Shown: one piece after another, positions 13,036 to 23,830 of the stretch
Layout of the letters: each line of letters opens with the position of its first letter
How positions within the stretch are numbered: the first letter of the stretch is position 1
Assembly (NCBI RefSeq): GCF_963921235.1
Contig: NC_086113.1
Location: forward strand, 47,430,001-47,494,000
DNA from: Mobula hypostoma
Lineage: Eukaryota
Reading direction: 5' to 3'
DNA length: 64,000 nt
Made by a program: the position numbers and the translations under genes
The notes under the pieces: generated by a model
What the model was told of the DNA's origin: nothing
The model's input: only the letters and a program-made list of their open reading frames with translations
Databases searched by the model: none

Positions 13036-13469
13036 TCTATGGCCTTGAGTGTCAAGGTTCAAAGTACAGTACATATATGGTATATAACCTTGAGATTCAT
13101 CTTCTTGCAGGCTGCCACAAAACAAAGAAACACAATAGAACCCATTCAAAGAAAAAAAACGCACAACAAGACCATCAAACTCCCAACATGTGGAAAAGAA
13201 GGACAATCCATGCAAACAATAAAAAGTAAACAAATAACATTAATTGCAGAGTCCCTGGAAGTGGTTCCTCAGTGCTGTGCTGATTGCTGCAGTGTTAGTT
13301 CAGTGCTGAAGTGCCCTGATCAAATTGTGCAAATAATAAAAATAAAGTAAACAAGAAAGAAACTGCAGAGTCCCCAAAACGAGTCCACAGCTTCGGAGCA
13401 TGTTCAGCACGGAGGCGACTCTGTCCAGAAGCCCGATGGCTGCCGGGCAACAACTGCTCCCAAACCTAA

Positions 13470-13770
13470 ACACAAAATAACACTCACAACACGCTGCAGG
13501 AACTCAGCAGGTCGGGCAGCATCCGTGGAAAAGATCAGTCGACGTTTCGGGCCGGAACCCTTCGTCAGGACTGAAGAGGGAAGGGGCAGAGAGGCCCTAT
13601 AAAGAAGGTGGGGGGAGGGTGGGAGGGAGAAGGCTGGTAGGTGCCAGGTGAAAAACCAGTAAGGGGAAAGATCAAGGGGCGGGGGAGGGGAAGCAGGGAG
13701 GGGATAGGCAGGAAAGGTGAAGAAGGAATAGGGGAAAACACAATGGGTAGTAGAAGGAGGCGGAACCAAA
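13470..13770 (-). mobile_element. Penelope-like element 3' terminal-repeat fragment, within a Rex-type 3' fragment (~13055-13470)
   Basis: Pyrimidine-rich tract, hammerhead motif, then GATGCTGCCCGACCTGCTGAGTTCC end; same family as copies carrying the GIY-YIG C-terminus. Confidence 0.8.
13535..13574 (-). ncRNA. Minimal type I hammerhead ribozyme motif (intact core)
   Basis: Minus strand UCAGUC-CUGACGA-A-GGG-UUCCGG-CCC-GAAA-CGUC^GACUGA: 6-bp stem I, 3-bp stem II, palindromic ACGU in place of stem III. Confidence 0.8.
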
Positions 13771-14639
13771 CCTGGCGGCGTGGGATGCAAGACTTCTTCT
13801 AGCCAGCAGCAACAAGAGAGACCAGTCAAATGCAGGTAGATGGCACCGAGCTCCCTGTTCATTTTCTGTTCTTGTCCTTGGCAATTTTAATCTTGGTCAA
13901 TGCTTTACTTGGAGTAGAGCAATGGATTTGACCACAGGTTTGTGTTCCGCCATTAGGAATCGACACAGAATCTCATCTACATTAAATGTCCCAGGATATC
14001 ACAAAAGTGCCAGATTGTTCAGTTGGCTCAAAAATTCATTCTTGGAAGCAAAATTAGAGGCTGCAATGTATCATGGCTCAGAAGTATATTTGGCAGAAGA
14101 GTATTCAGTATTATTGTAGGCTGTCTGCAAGATGTTGCATTTGGTCACTGGCACCATTTTGCTGAAAGTCTTGCTTGTATTATATTATTTGAATTTAACT
14201 AAACGTACCTTCAGTTGAATTCTGCTATAAATAATTTTTTAAACTGTTAACTCAGTCTATTATTAAATTAAAAGGAAAATTTTACATCGCACAATTTTAG
14301 AAAGAATTTTGTGGGTTTTTTTTCCAAGTCTAAGGTCCAGTATAATTCATGTACTTGAAATGAAATTCCCAAGTAATTATATCTATTGATTAACCAGTAA
14401 ATCTGGGAGGGATACCTTTTTGTATATTTATTAGAACAGCCAAAACTAAGTTAAACATCTCTTTAACTATGTTTTACTCTCCTATACACTTCCTTGAGCA
14501 ATTAATAATATATTTTATTTTAACAATGAGATATGTTTTCAATAAAACATTTTTTAAAAATCCGAACATCTGCAGGAAAATCTGCCTCAGAAAGTTAAAA
14601 GGGTAAGTACACTTGGGGGTGGGGCGTTGGGGGAAGAGG

Positions 14640-15175
14640 GAATGGACCACGTGATGAGTGGTGACGTACACAAACATGTTTACATAGTTTGAAAGTAAGC
14701 TAGAATTTGAAAAAAAGAAAAGTAAATGAGTTGCTTAAGGGCATTGAAGTGTTAACCTAGGTGCAAGATGCCGATTTAAACAGAATCTACCGAAGCTGTA
14801 TTTTGTGAGGGGGGTGAGTGGGTTGTGACGTTGAGCAGCCATCTTGCGCTGGTGTGGAGGCGGCGGCGGTGGTGATCTTTGCTGTCGTCTGATCTGACGG
14901 GAGCGCAGCGAGCCGAGCGGTGGCCCGGTCTGACAGGCCGAGAGTTAGCGGGAGCCGCCGACCTTGGGCGAGGGGCAGTGAGGGAGCGAGAGAGGAGGCA
15001 GGCAGGCGGCAGTAGTCGGGCCGAAGGCCGTGGTTTTGTGCGGTTTTCTCACGCCAGGAGCTCGCTTTAAGACTATGGGTGACCGAGAGCGCAGAGAGCG
15101 CGGCTCGCTCACACTGACGGGTTTGACCGGGTTTGTGGTCTCTTCTTGACATGGGCGGGGAGTGACAGTCAGCGT
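14640..15175 (+). promoter_or_regulatory. C6orf62 promoter / CpG island
   Basis: CpG-rich 14820-15175; E-box CACGTG 14648-14653; CRE-like GTGACGTA 14661-14668 and GTGACGTT 14825-14832; YY1 GCCATCTT 14838-14845. Confidence 0.8.
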
Positions 15176-15396
15176 TAGTTTGCAATATATATATACTTTA
15201 TATATATGTTCAATACAAACAGCTTAGGAAAGGAGTTAAGGTAGAAAACCAAAACAATCAAAAGGCGGCACAGCAGGAACTCCCAACAGTTAAGCCTGTG
15301 AGCAGATCTATAGAGGCAAACATGATAAACAAGTGATTTTTTTTTTGTTTTCTTTGTGTAGGGCGATGTCAGGAAACCGGTTAAAGGTTTACCACC

Positions 15397-15543
15397 ATGT
15401 TGTTGATTGAATCCAAGTCTTTGGTAAAGTCAGAAATGCCCTTTGCTTGGTATTTTGTTTGTTTCTACTCATGTGCCAATGAGCCGCGCCATGTAGTTGA
15501 TGTGCCAGTGCAATCCTCTTTGTCTTTTATTGTCTGTCCTTAA
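15397..15543 (+). other. Candidate 48-aa uORF upstream of C6orf62
   Basis: ACCACCATG context; MLLIESKSLVKSEMPFAWYFVCFYSCANEPRHVVDVPVQSSLSFIVCP*. Inclusion in the mature mRNA not shown. Confidence 0.4.
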
Positions 15544-16126
15544 AGCAAAAACTTAAAAGGAAAAAAAAATATACAATCACCTACTCCAATATGTTTGAAG
15601 ACAACTGTGCCAGAGGCTGCAGGTAAACTTTTCAGGCTGTTTTTTTTTTGTGTAAAAAGGCAAAAACCTGGCCTGTATGTAAACATGGGATCTGGCTACA
15701 TCATTTCTGTGTCATCCTTGGGCACACCTGAATCTCAGTTAGGTGTTTAATTTGTTGGTTAGATCCATTGGTATCCATCATTGTAATCTAGTTTTAGTTC
15801 AGCAGGTTAAAATTTATCTCTAATTTGGATTGCTTTGGTTTGTAAGTTTTGTTAATGTGAATTAAAAGTGAGTTTAGTTCCCTGCACTCTGATGTGACCG
15901 TGTATATATAGGGACTGTTATCATGACTGGACTCTGGCCAACATTTATCCTAAGTTTTTGCACAACACAGTTTTAGAGCTTCTGGACTAGTAGTTGTGGT
16001 AGTTTTTTTTAAGTTAGTGCTACCAGACATGTTCTGTTGTGCTGTTTTCTTTTGAGAGAAATTGCCCATGTTAGATTTTGTCACTTTGTCATAAGCTAAA
16101 AAGAGGGTTAACACACTCAAAACAAA

Positions 16127-16255
16127 ATGGGTGACCCACACTCTCGGAAGAACCAGACTTTAAATCGACTGCGTGCTCAACTTAGAAAGAAGAAAGAATC
16201 TCTGGCAGATCAGTTTGACTTCAAAATGTACATTGCCTTTGTATTCAAAGATAAG
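16127..16255 (+). CDS. C6orf62: C6orf62 homolog, coding exon 1
   Basis: [43 protein letters not shown]; donor GTAAGA, phase 0. Confidence 0.97.
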
Positions 16256-16457
16256 GTAAGATATGATCTTTCCTGGCATATTTGTCAAAGGTGAAATGTA
16301 GAATGCTTTCTTCTCTAGTAGTGGGGTGAGAAGTTGCTTTACAGAATATTTACAGGGCAGTCCCTTGATAACTGTAATTGAGGTTCATTGAAGCATCTAC
16401 ATTGGCAGAAGTTCATTTAGGCTTCAATGTAACAGTCATGATAAAGAACATTGATCT

Positions 16458-16865
16458 GCCTACTTACTGCCTGTTGCGCCACTGGCGTTTAGCGCAGCAA
16501 CGAAGGTCCTCCATCTGTGGCGGTGTTCAGGGCTGCCTTCATTGTGTCATTAGCTTGGCTTTCACTACTGTCAGTCATGCAAGTTCAGGATAGAGACTCA
16601 GGAATACTGTTGCACTCAGATGTGGAAGGTTTCTTCATTGCTGTTTCCGTAACAGTTTTGTTTTAGCAGTCAGGATTATTAGCCCTGAACTGAACCCGGA
16701 GGACTGGTGGACCACTGTTAGTCCGGCCTCTACCCTTTGACCTGTTTGGCATGGGTGACCCTACCAAGAGCCAAAGCATAAAACCCTGACTCAGCTAGCA
16801 TAGCTCTCCGGGTCATTGAGGCACATAAGCCTTCAAACTACGTCAAGGCTGTGGTCCTCTTGGGA
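16458..16865 (-). mobile_element. Short non-autonomous retroposon (probably RTE-related) in C6orf62 intron 1
   Basis: GC-richer ~400-bp block ending in an AGTAAGTAGG-type tail on the minus strand; family assignment tentative. Confidence 0.5.
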
Positions 16866-16939
16866 GGAAAGAACATTGAAGACAGTAGGAAAACTAGCAG
16901 TGATTGACAGAAAGGAGGAGAGCGGGAACTTATGGTGGA

Positions 16940-17390
16940 TCACAAACATGAGAAAATCTGCAGATGCTGGAAATCCAAAGCAAAACACACAAAATACTGG
17001 AGGAACTCCGCGGGTCAAAGAGTAAACAGTCAACTTTTCAGGCGGTGACCCTTCTTCAGGACTGGGGGTGTGGGGGGAGATGCCGGAATTAAAAGGTGGG
17101 GGGAGGGGAAAGTGGCTAGCTGGAAGGTGATAGGTGAAGCCAGGTGGGTGGGAAAGGTCAAGGACTGGAGAAGACAGAATCTGATAGGAGAGGGGAATGG
17201 ACAGTACGAGAAAGGGAAGAAGGAGGGGACCCCAGGTGGGAGTAATAGACAGGTGAGAAGAAGTACAAGGTCAGAGTTGGGAATGACGAGGGGGAATTTT
17301 CTTCACCTTTTGAAGAAGTCAGTATTCATACCATCAGGTTGGAGGATACTCAGACAGAATATAAGGTGTTGCTCCTCCACCCTGAGGGTG
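16940..17390 (-). mobile_element. Penelope-like element 3' fragment with degenerate hammerhead (17027-17064)
   Basis: GIY-YIG C-terminal peptide RVEEQHLIFCLSILQPDGMNTDF; CAGUC-CUGAAGA-AGGG-UCACCG-CCU-GAAA-AGUU-GACUG. Confidence 0.85.
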
Positions 17391-19712
17391 GATATAGTTG
17401 GTCGGATTAGCTGAATAGAAAGGTGGCAAGTAGAATCCCTGATCCCTGAGGAGATGTACTTATGGAACGGCAGCAAGAAGATGGGATGACATTCAGGTGT
17501 GGAGGAATAGTGATTTTTGGGATGCATGTCCATAGTCAGTTCTGGATAGTTGGGAAGCTTTTCTTTCGGTCAGACATAGAACAACTGGCAGTGATACTAG
17601 AATTGAAGACTTATTATTGTTCACAGTTCTGGTCCAAACAATGTGGGAAATGTGTTTACACTGGAGAGAGTGAGGAGATTTGTAAACATGTTGCCAGTAG
17701 TGGAAACCTGTTGCCAACACGGGAAGATTAGATAGGTTGGGGTTATTTTCTTCATCAATATAGAGGCTAAGGAGAGACTAAAAAATGTGAAATTGACGGC
17801 TTTGGATAGGTGAATAGAAGGTACCTAAATATACCCCTCACTAAAGAGACAAAACCAGAAGGCACAGATTTAAACCTAGAATAATCCTGGATGAGTGTTG
17901 TTGGACTTGCATTTGTCTAGCATGTGGAGAGTATTCCATCGCATTACTGGCTTCTATGAAAGGCCTTGAATGTCAGGAGGTAAGTCATTCACTGCAGGAT
18001 ACCCAGCACAGGCACAAAGGGCTAACTGGCCTCCATTTGTTTTAATTCTATGCTGTTCTGATATGGGCAGACTTTCCTGGAAAGCTGAGAAAATAACTGC
18101 TGTGGTTGTCTCTTTATCATAAACTTAAGGGTTGTACAGAATTTCTTAATCACTTTGGAAACTGAGGTTAATATGACACACTTGATAGTTACAGTTAGCC
18201 CTTCCAAGGATTCTCACTCTGCTTCCTTCGGATTATTTTGGGATTTGCATTGTCATTTGACAGGGATATGAAAGTTTATTTGCTTTATCTTTACAATAAG
18301 TGAGGTAAAATGTTAGCTTGTCCACATTTGCTTATCCTGTAAATGACTACCATGATTAATCCCACCCCAGTGAAACTCTGTAATCCAGTTTGTGTAGGGC
18401 TCTGGTGTTGGGCAAGCAAGTTTTCTGGACTATCAGATACTATACACCTACACACTTCTAGTTCTCTGTCTGATGTTATGTAGTGGACTAATTAATTTTT
18501 CAATGTACCAAGTGAGTTTAAAATTAATGCTTGAAATGGAAATGGATGTTTCAAAGTGCTGTGGGACCTTGGGCCCTGCCGAGTTCCAAGTGTGAGCTGA
18601 ATTTCTGAACAACTGAACAGTTGTTAGAACTCTGAACTGAAGTTTTACTCTGTCCTTAATTTTTCTTATCCCTCATTTCAATATCCCTTTAGTCATTTGG
18701 TTGCTAATTAATGTTTATACGACACTCCTCAGTATACACTAACACTTCACAGACACTTTAAATTGAGACCAAGAACACAAGCTGTTGTATCTGGAATAAT
18801 TTTATTCAACCTCATCATGCTACTTGGTTAAAGTGAAATGCATTTGAGCATGTGAACAGTATGAAAAATGAATATTATTGATCAGTTGGTTTCATTCAAA
18901 TATTCTTTGCGATTTTTTTTCTATTGTCCAAATCATTTTTACAATATCACTCATTTCTGCTTGCTGTCTATATCTGTGGTTGACAATGGTTTCATGGGGA
19001 TCTCAAGGAAAGGAGAATGGGGAATATACTGGTTAGATTGGACTCTTGTTGGCAGCATTTGATTAGGTATCTGCTCCCTTGAAAATTTGATCTAAATACT
19101 GAGGCAAAGGTCACATCAGAGTTTTTAATAGACATCTGTAGGTAGTTGGAAGTAAAGGCAACTTAAGCAATATGGGAATAGAAAATAGGCACTTGATAAT
19201 AGGACTACTACCCTAATGTTGGCTAGTTGAGTTAGGAGGCATATTCCATCCTTCCTCAAAACAAGGCTTGATTAATTGTTAGTTTTCAATTACATTAATC
19301 CCAGTTGACTGTCTCCTGCTGACATTTGGATCATTTTTGATGGTGATTTGTTTATATTCATGCTTGTGTGCATTATATTTTTAATATAACTTATTTAAAT
19401 TTGTAAGAACATGATTTCTGCTTAACAAGGATTCAATAATTTTAAGTATTTTTAAAGTTGAATTTAAAAAAAAAATTTCTTGCTTTGATATTTTTCTTCT
19501 TGCATTTCAGATTTTCCCCAACATTTTAGAAATTTCACTTCAGAAATTATTATCCTGTATATAATAGGTATAGTGTGTATAGTCCCTGTTTTTATTGTCC
19601 TGTGAAATGAAGAGCTTACATTTTTAAATGCAACTTGGCAGTAATAATTTAAAAGAAGTAGCATAGAAAATGTTTTATGTTAAGAATTATGATTCTGATG
19701 TTATGATTTAAG

Positions 19713-19889
19713 AAGAAAAAGTCGGCACTATTCGAAGTGGCTGAAGTTGTACCAGTTATGACCAATAACTATGAAGAAAATATCCTCAAAGGTGTACGGG
19801 AGTCCAGCTACTCCCTGGACAGTTCCACAGAGCTGCTGCAGAAGGATGTAGTGCAGCTTCATGCACCACGCTACCAATCCATGCGCAGG
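19713..19889 (+). CDS. C6orf62: C6orf62 homolog, coding exon 2
   Basis: [59 protein letters not shown]; AG at 19711-19712, donor GTAAGT. Confidence 0.96.
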
Positions 19890-21089
19890 GTAAGTACTTC
19901 AGAAGAATTATATAAATTGAAGGTTTGCTTGGAATGACACAGAGTGGTAGAATATGTCACATCAAAACGTTCAATTAATAATAGCAACTTCCTTTATCGT
20001 AAGAGGGAAAAAGGTTTGTAGTTGTTTGTACATAGATAACCAATTTTTCTGCAATGTTCACAGCCAAAACAATCATTGATACTCTTCAACACTGTAAACG
20101 CTAGAAGTAATAAAATACTCAAAAGGTCTGGCAACAGAGTAGTGGGAGCAAGAAACAGTTTCAGGTCAAAGATCCTCAGTCAGACGTATTAATATCCATG
20201 GACTTGTAATTATTTATTGGCTTAAATATAAACCTGATTTTGATATGCTAAGGTCTTTTGATTTGTACTAATATGGAATCATCTTGCTTAAGGCTGATCA
20301 TTTTTCTTGTGACTGGTTTTATTCCATTTACTGATCAGCATCGTGTAAACTTAATTTGGTGATGCCAATAGTTTCTTGCACTCGCTTCAATTTTAACTGA
20401 AAAGCTGACTACTTGCCTTCGAGCTTATGATCTAATGGATCTTGTAAGATGGAACTTCAAATGTGATAATAGAGGTTCTCCTGGACTTTGGTTTGGTAAC
20501 GATTCATAGATTTGAAATATTAGATTTAAACTCATTTGTTAAATCAACTGATGTTTAAGTGTTTTGATGTAATATATTTATTAGATTCTCTTCTATATGT
20601 CATTTCAAATTATTGTAAATGTTACTTTATAGATTAGCTTTTAAAACTGTTTAGATATGCTTATTTAGTTGTGGGAAGGCAATACAGAAAAGTTGGTTCC
20701 ATGGCTGAAAATGCAATGCAACAAAGGAAATCTGGCTGTGGTAGATATGATCATCTGCAGGGATCAATTTATCCTCATTAATGCAAATATTCTTTTGTGG
20801 TTTAATGCCTTTAGAAGTTCTTGTTATTTTCTTTCTAAGCTATATTAGACTGGCATTGAAAGATGACGATTTTAGTTATTTAGAGCAAAGGGTAAGTATG
20901 GAAACTGGAAGTTGTTAGCAGTTCACATTCTTTTGACTTCTTGCCTTGTATTATAATGCCTTGTAACTCTTGATCCACAACCAAAATTATCATTCTTCAT
21001 AAAGTCAGAATCTTTGTTTTTGTGTTTCTTGATGTGGAATCCATTTAATATCTCTATTGGAATTTCTCTCATTTCCTGACCTATTTTAG

Positions 21090-21215
21090 GATGTAATTGG
21101 CTGTACACAGGAGATGGACTTTATCCTTTGGCCACGGAATGATATAGAGAAGATGGTCTGTCTCCTTTTCTCCAAGTGGAAGGGTACAGATGGTGAGCCT
21201 TTCAGGCCTGTTCAG
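21090..21215 (+). CDS. C6orf62: C6orf62 homolog, coding exon 3
   Basis: [42 protein letters not shown]; TTTTAG / GTACTG. Confidence 0.97.
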
Positions 21216-21251
21216 GTACTGTTTGTACATAAACATGAGCCAAACTTTTGG

Positions 21252-21617
21252 ATGCCTATCACAATTGATTTGACTTGCAGTTTGCCAAGCTTGTTGATAG
21301 TTTTTATGGTTCTGTGTTGGTTTGATGATTTGCCTGGATCTTTGGTTTTGTTCAGACATTATGTATTTTTAGTTTGACATTGTGATTAATTCGTAGTATA
21401 TGGGTTTCATTTCAGTTGTCTCTCAGTCATCTGTGTAACGACAAATCTTGATAGGCTTTGTTCTTTGCTTTTATGGATGCCTTGTTTCTTGTTTTTCCCT
21501 CTAGCGATCTTAACATTGTGTTGGGTTCACATTTGTGTTGTGCATCACCAAACCAGCATAAAAGTAGAAACTCAATGGGCTTGGCAAACTGCAAATCAAA
21601 TCAATTGTGATAAGTAT
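21252..21617 (+). other. Long intronic inverted repeat / RNA hairpin
   Basis: Arms 21257-21290 and 21579-21612 pair at 33/34; extensions on both sides use G-U pairs on the + strand. Confidence 0.75.
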
Positions 21618-21649
21618 ACTGTCAGCATTAGCACAGTAACAGTGGTTGT

Positions 21650-22170
21650 CTCTCATGTGCAGCAATGACAGGAGACCTGTGTGGGAGAGTTTTTAAAGTG
21701 GATAGGCCACTGCACTGGGGCAGTTCCTCTCTTGACCCCAGAAGTCCGGGTTCAGTGGTACAAACAAGTGTCACGAACTGGGGTCTTCCTTTTGTTGCAG
21801 TGGATGACCATGGTGTCTTCTGTGCCTTGTCATGCTCTTTGCTTTCCACGGAGCATTGCAGTACTGCCTTCCTGGCTGTTGGATGTCACTGTAGATCTCA
21901 TCTGCCCAGTCAGCCAGAGCTGACTTAGCGTGCTAGGACAGGCATATCCCTATCTCACCGGGTATGAGGGCCGCTGGCTACCCTCACCCTTGCCTGTTGA
22001 AGTGGTGTACTGGGGTGTGGCCACTATCACATGCAGACAGCTACTTGGAGCCATAGGTGAGAGCTGAGTTTCTGGTGGGGACCAAAAGTGAGTGAGCTGC
22101 CCCAGAATGGACACAACAAGCCCCTTCACCAAAGGTGCTACCCCTCCCTGGACACCCAATACACACCAAG
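21650..22170. mobile_element. Short interspersed repeat (probable RTE-related non-autonomous element)
   Basis: GC-richer ~520-bp block in an AT-rich intron; no coding signal; family tentative. Confidence 0.45.
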
Positions 22171-22495
22171 CACAGTAATTAAAAGGGTTATTTATGCATA
22201 AACCAGAAGCATTTTGTTTGCCTGTGGTACTTCAGAACCAAGCTTAGCCCTTTGATTGTCTTGAGTCCACAAGAACTTATAATGAAGATGTCGGATTGGG
22301 ACCAATAGCAGGGGTCCTGTCAAATCTTAGCAGAATTACCAAGGCCAATTATAAAATCTATGCATCTAATAAACCTAAAAGGAATAAAACTAGATCTTTC
22401 AGATCTTGGCAGATAATTTCTGAGTGCTTGCTGAACATGAAATTAAGCAACAAATCTTGTTTTCTAATATTTGAAAGTTCTTACTGTTTACGCAG

Positions 22496-22630
22496 GCCAA
22501 GTTTGAGTTTCATCATGGCGATTATGAGAAACAGTTTCTGCACTTAATTAGCCGGAAGGATAAGGCAGGACTCATCGTAAACAACCCTACCCAGTCCATC
22601 TTTCTGTTCATTAATCGTCAGCACTTGCAG
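22496..22630 (+). CDS. C6orf62: C6orf62 homolog, coding exon 4
   Basis: [45 protein letters not shown]; CGCAG / GTGAAT. Confidence 0.97.
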
Positions 22631-23419
22631 GTGAATATAATTGTGGGCCTTTACTTTCCTAAACTTATTTGGTCCCATCTGTTTGGGTGAAAAAATGTGG
22701 AACATTGCCAGAGGTTTACCGGTGAAATTTGGCATGATTATTTTTCCCTTTCTTGCTGCTAACTTAATATTGCTTTGTGTTCTTGAAATAAGTCTTTGTG
22801 AACTGTGCACTGCTATATACAGTGATTCTTTGGCTCTCTGCACGACTGCCTACAGATCTTGGTAGATTTACTTTTAGGACTATTGCAAGGTAGTTAAATT
22901 TGAAAGTTATTTGATTGATTTGAGTTATCGTATGCTCTGAAAATCTGCAGAGTACAGATTTGCTCATTGTATGGAAATAATCATTGCATTGTAAACTCAT
23001 TGTTTGGTGAGCTCAAAATTTTTGAAATGAATCTACTTATAACTTTGGATCTTAAATCTGTACTTAGTCCTGAACTTAGCTCCATACTATTGGAGTTGGA
23101 AAATAAAATCAGTATTATTTGCTTTGTCCACCATATTGACATCAGGCAAGATGAGATTAAGTCTGTTGTAATCTCCTTAACAGGTAACGTGGCATATTAC
23201 CAAAAATGCAATTTTCACCCATGGGAGATTTTGCTGTTTATAGCCAGAGTAGTCAGTCAAGCCGTTAACTTAAAGTGACATTTATAGAGGCAGTACTGGT
23301 GTGAAACGTGTAAATGACATATCTGTCGGATGTTGCGAACTGAGACTAACTGGAGCCTCAGTGCTGGGAATCTTGGCTTGGAAGTGAATGCTGACCTAAG
23401 ATTGTTAAGGGTCCAGTGA

Positions 23420-23830
23420 ACTTGGAAATTTTGCATAGAGTGGCTTAAAATGCTTCCTGTAGATAACCAGATCTTAGGAAATGGGGAGCAGATGTCACAG
23501 CTGTCTGGCCAACCATGAGGTTTGTTTCAGGTCTGTGATCTTGATCTTGAAGAAAAGGTCTCAGTAATGAATCTTCATTATTGAGAGGGGGAATATCTTG
23601 CAGCAGGGGCCGGTAGATAGAGCTTCTTGGTGTTGCAGATGTTGAGTACAAGTACCATCCTTGTGCTTTGGTGAACAGATCAATGACGTAGCTTAGCTGC
23701 AGGTGCACAAGTCTCATCTGGATACTGCAGTTTGAGTACTGAGGCCTTGGTGATCTCTTTCTGAAGTCTGGTTGAATGGTTTTCCGTAACTTCTGAAGTT
23801 TAAATACATCCCACAGGAAGTTAGGCATAA
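23420..23830. mobile_element. Ancient LINE relic (RTE-like) in C6orf62 intron 4
   Basis: Weak decayed RT-tail-like peptides on the minus strand (LVLNICNT..LYLPAP; DQDHRPETNLMV). Confidence 0.35.

Noticed and set aside
14787-15185. 132-aa antisense ORF over the C6orf62 CpG island
   Set aside because: Open frame expected from high GC; no recognisable protein and no true ATG at its start.
21114-21377. 87-aa ORF with hydrophobic tail as a separate membrane protein
   Set aside because: It is C6orf62 exon 3 reading through into the T-rich intron; nothing supports translation.
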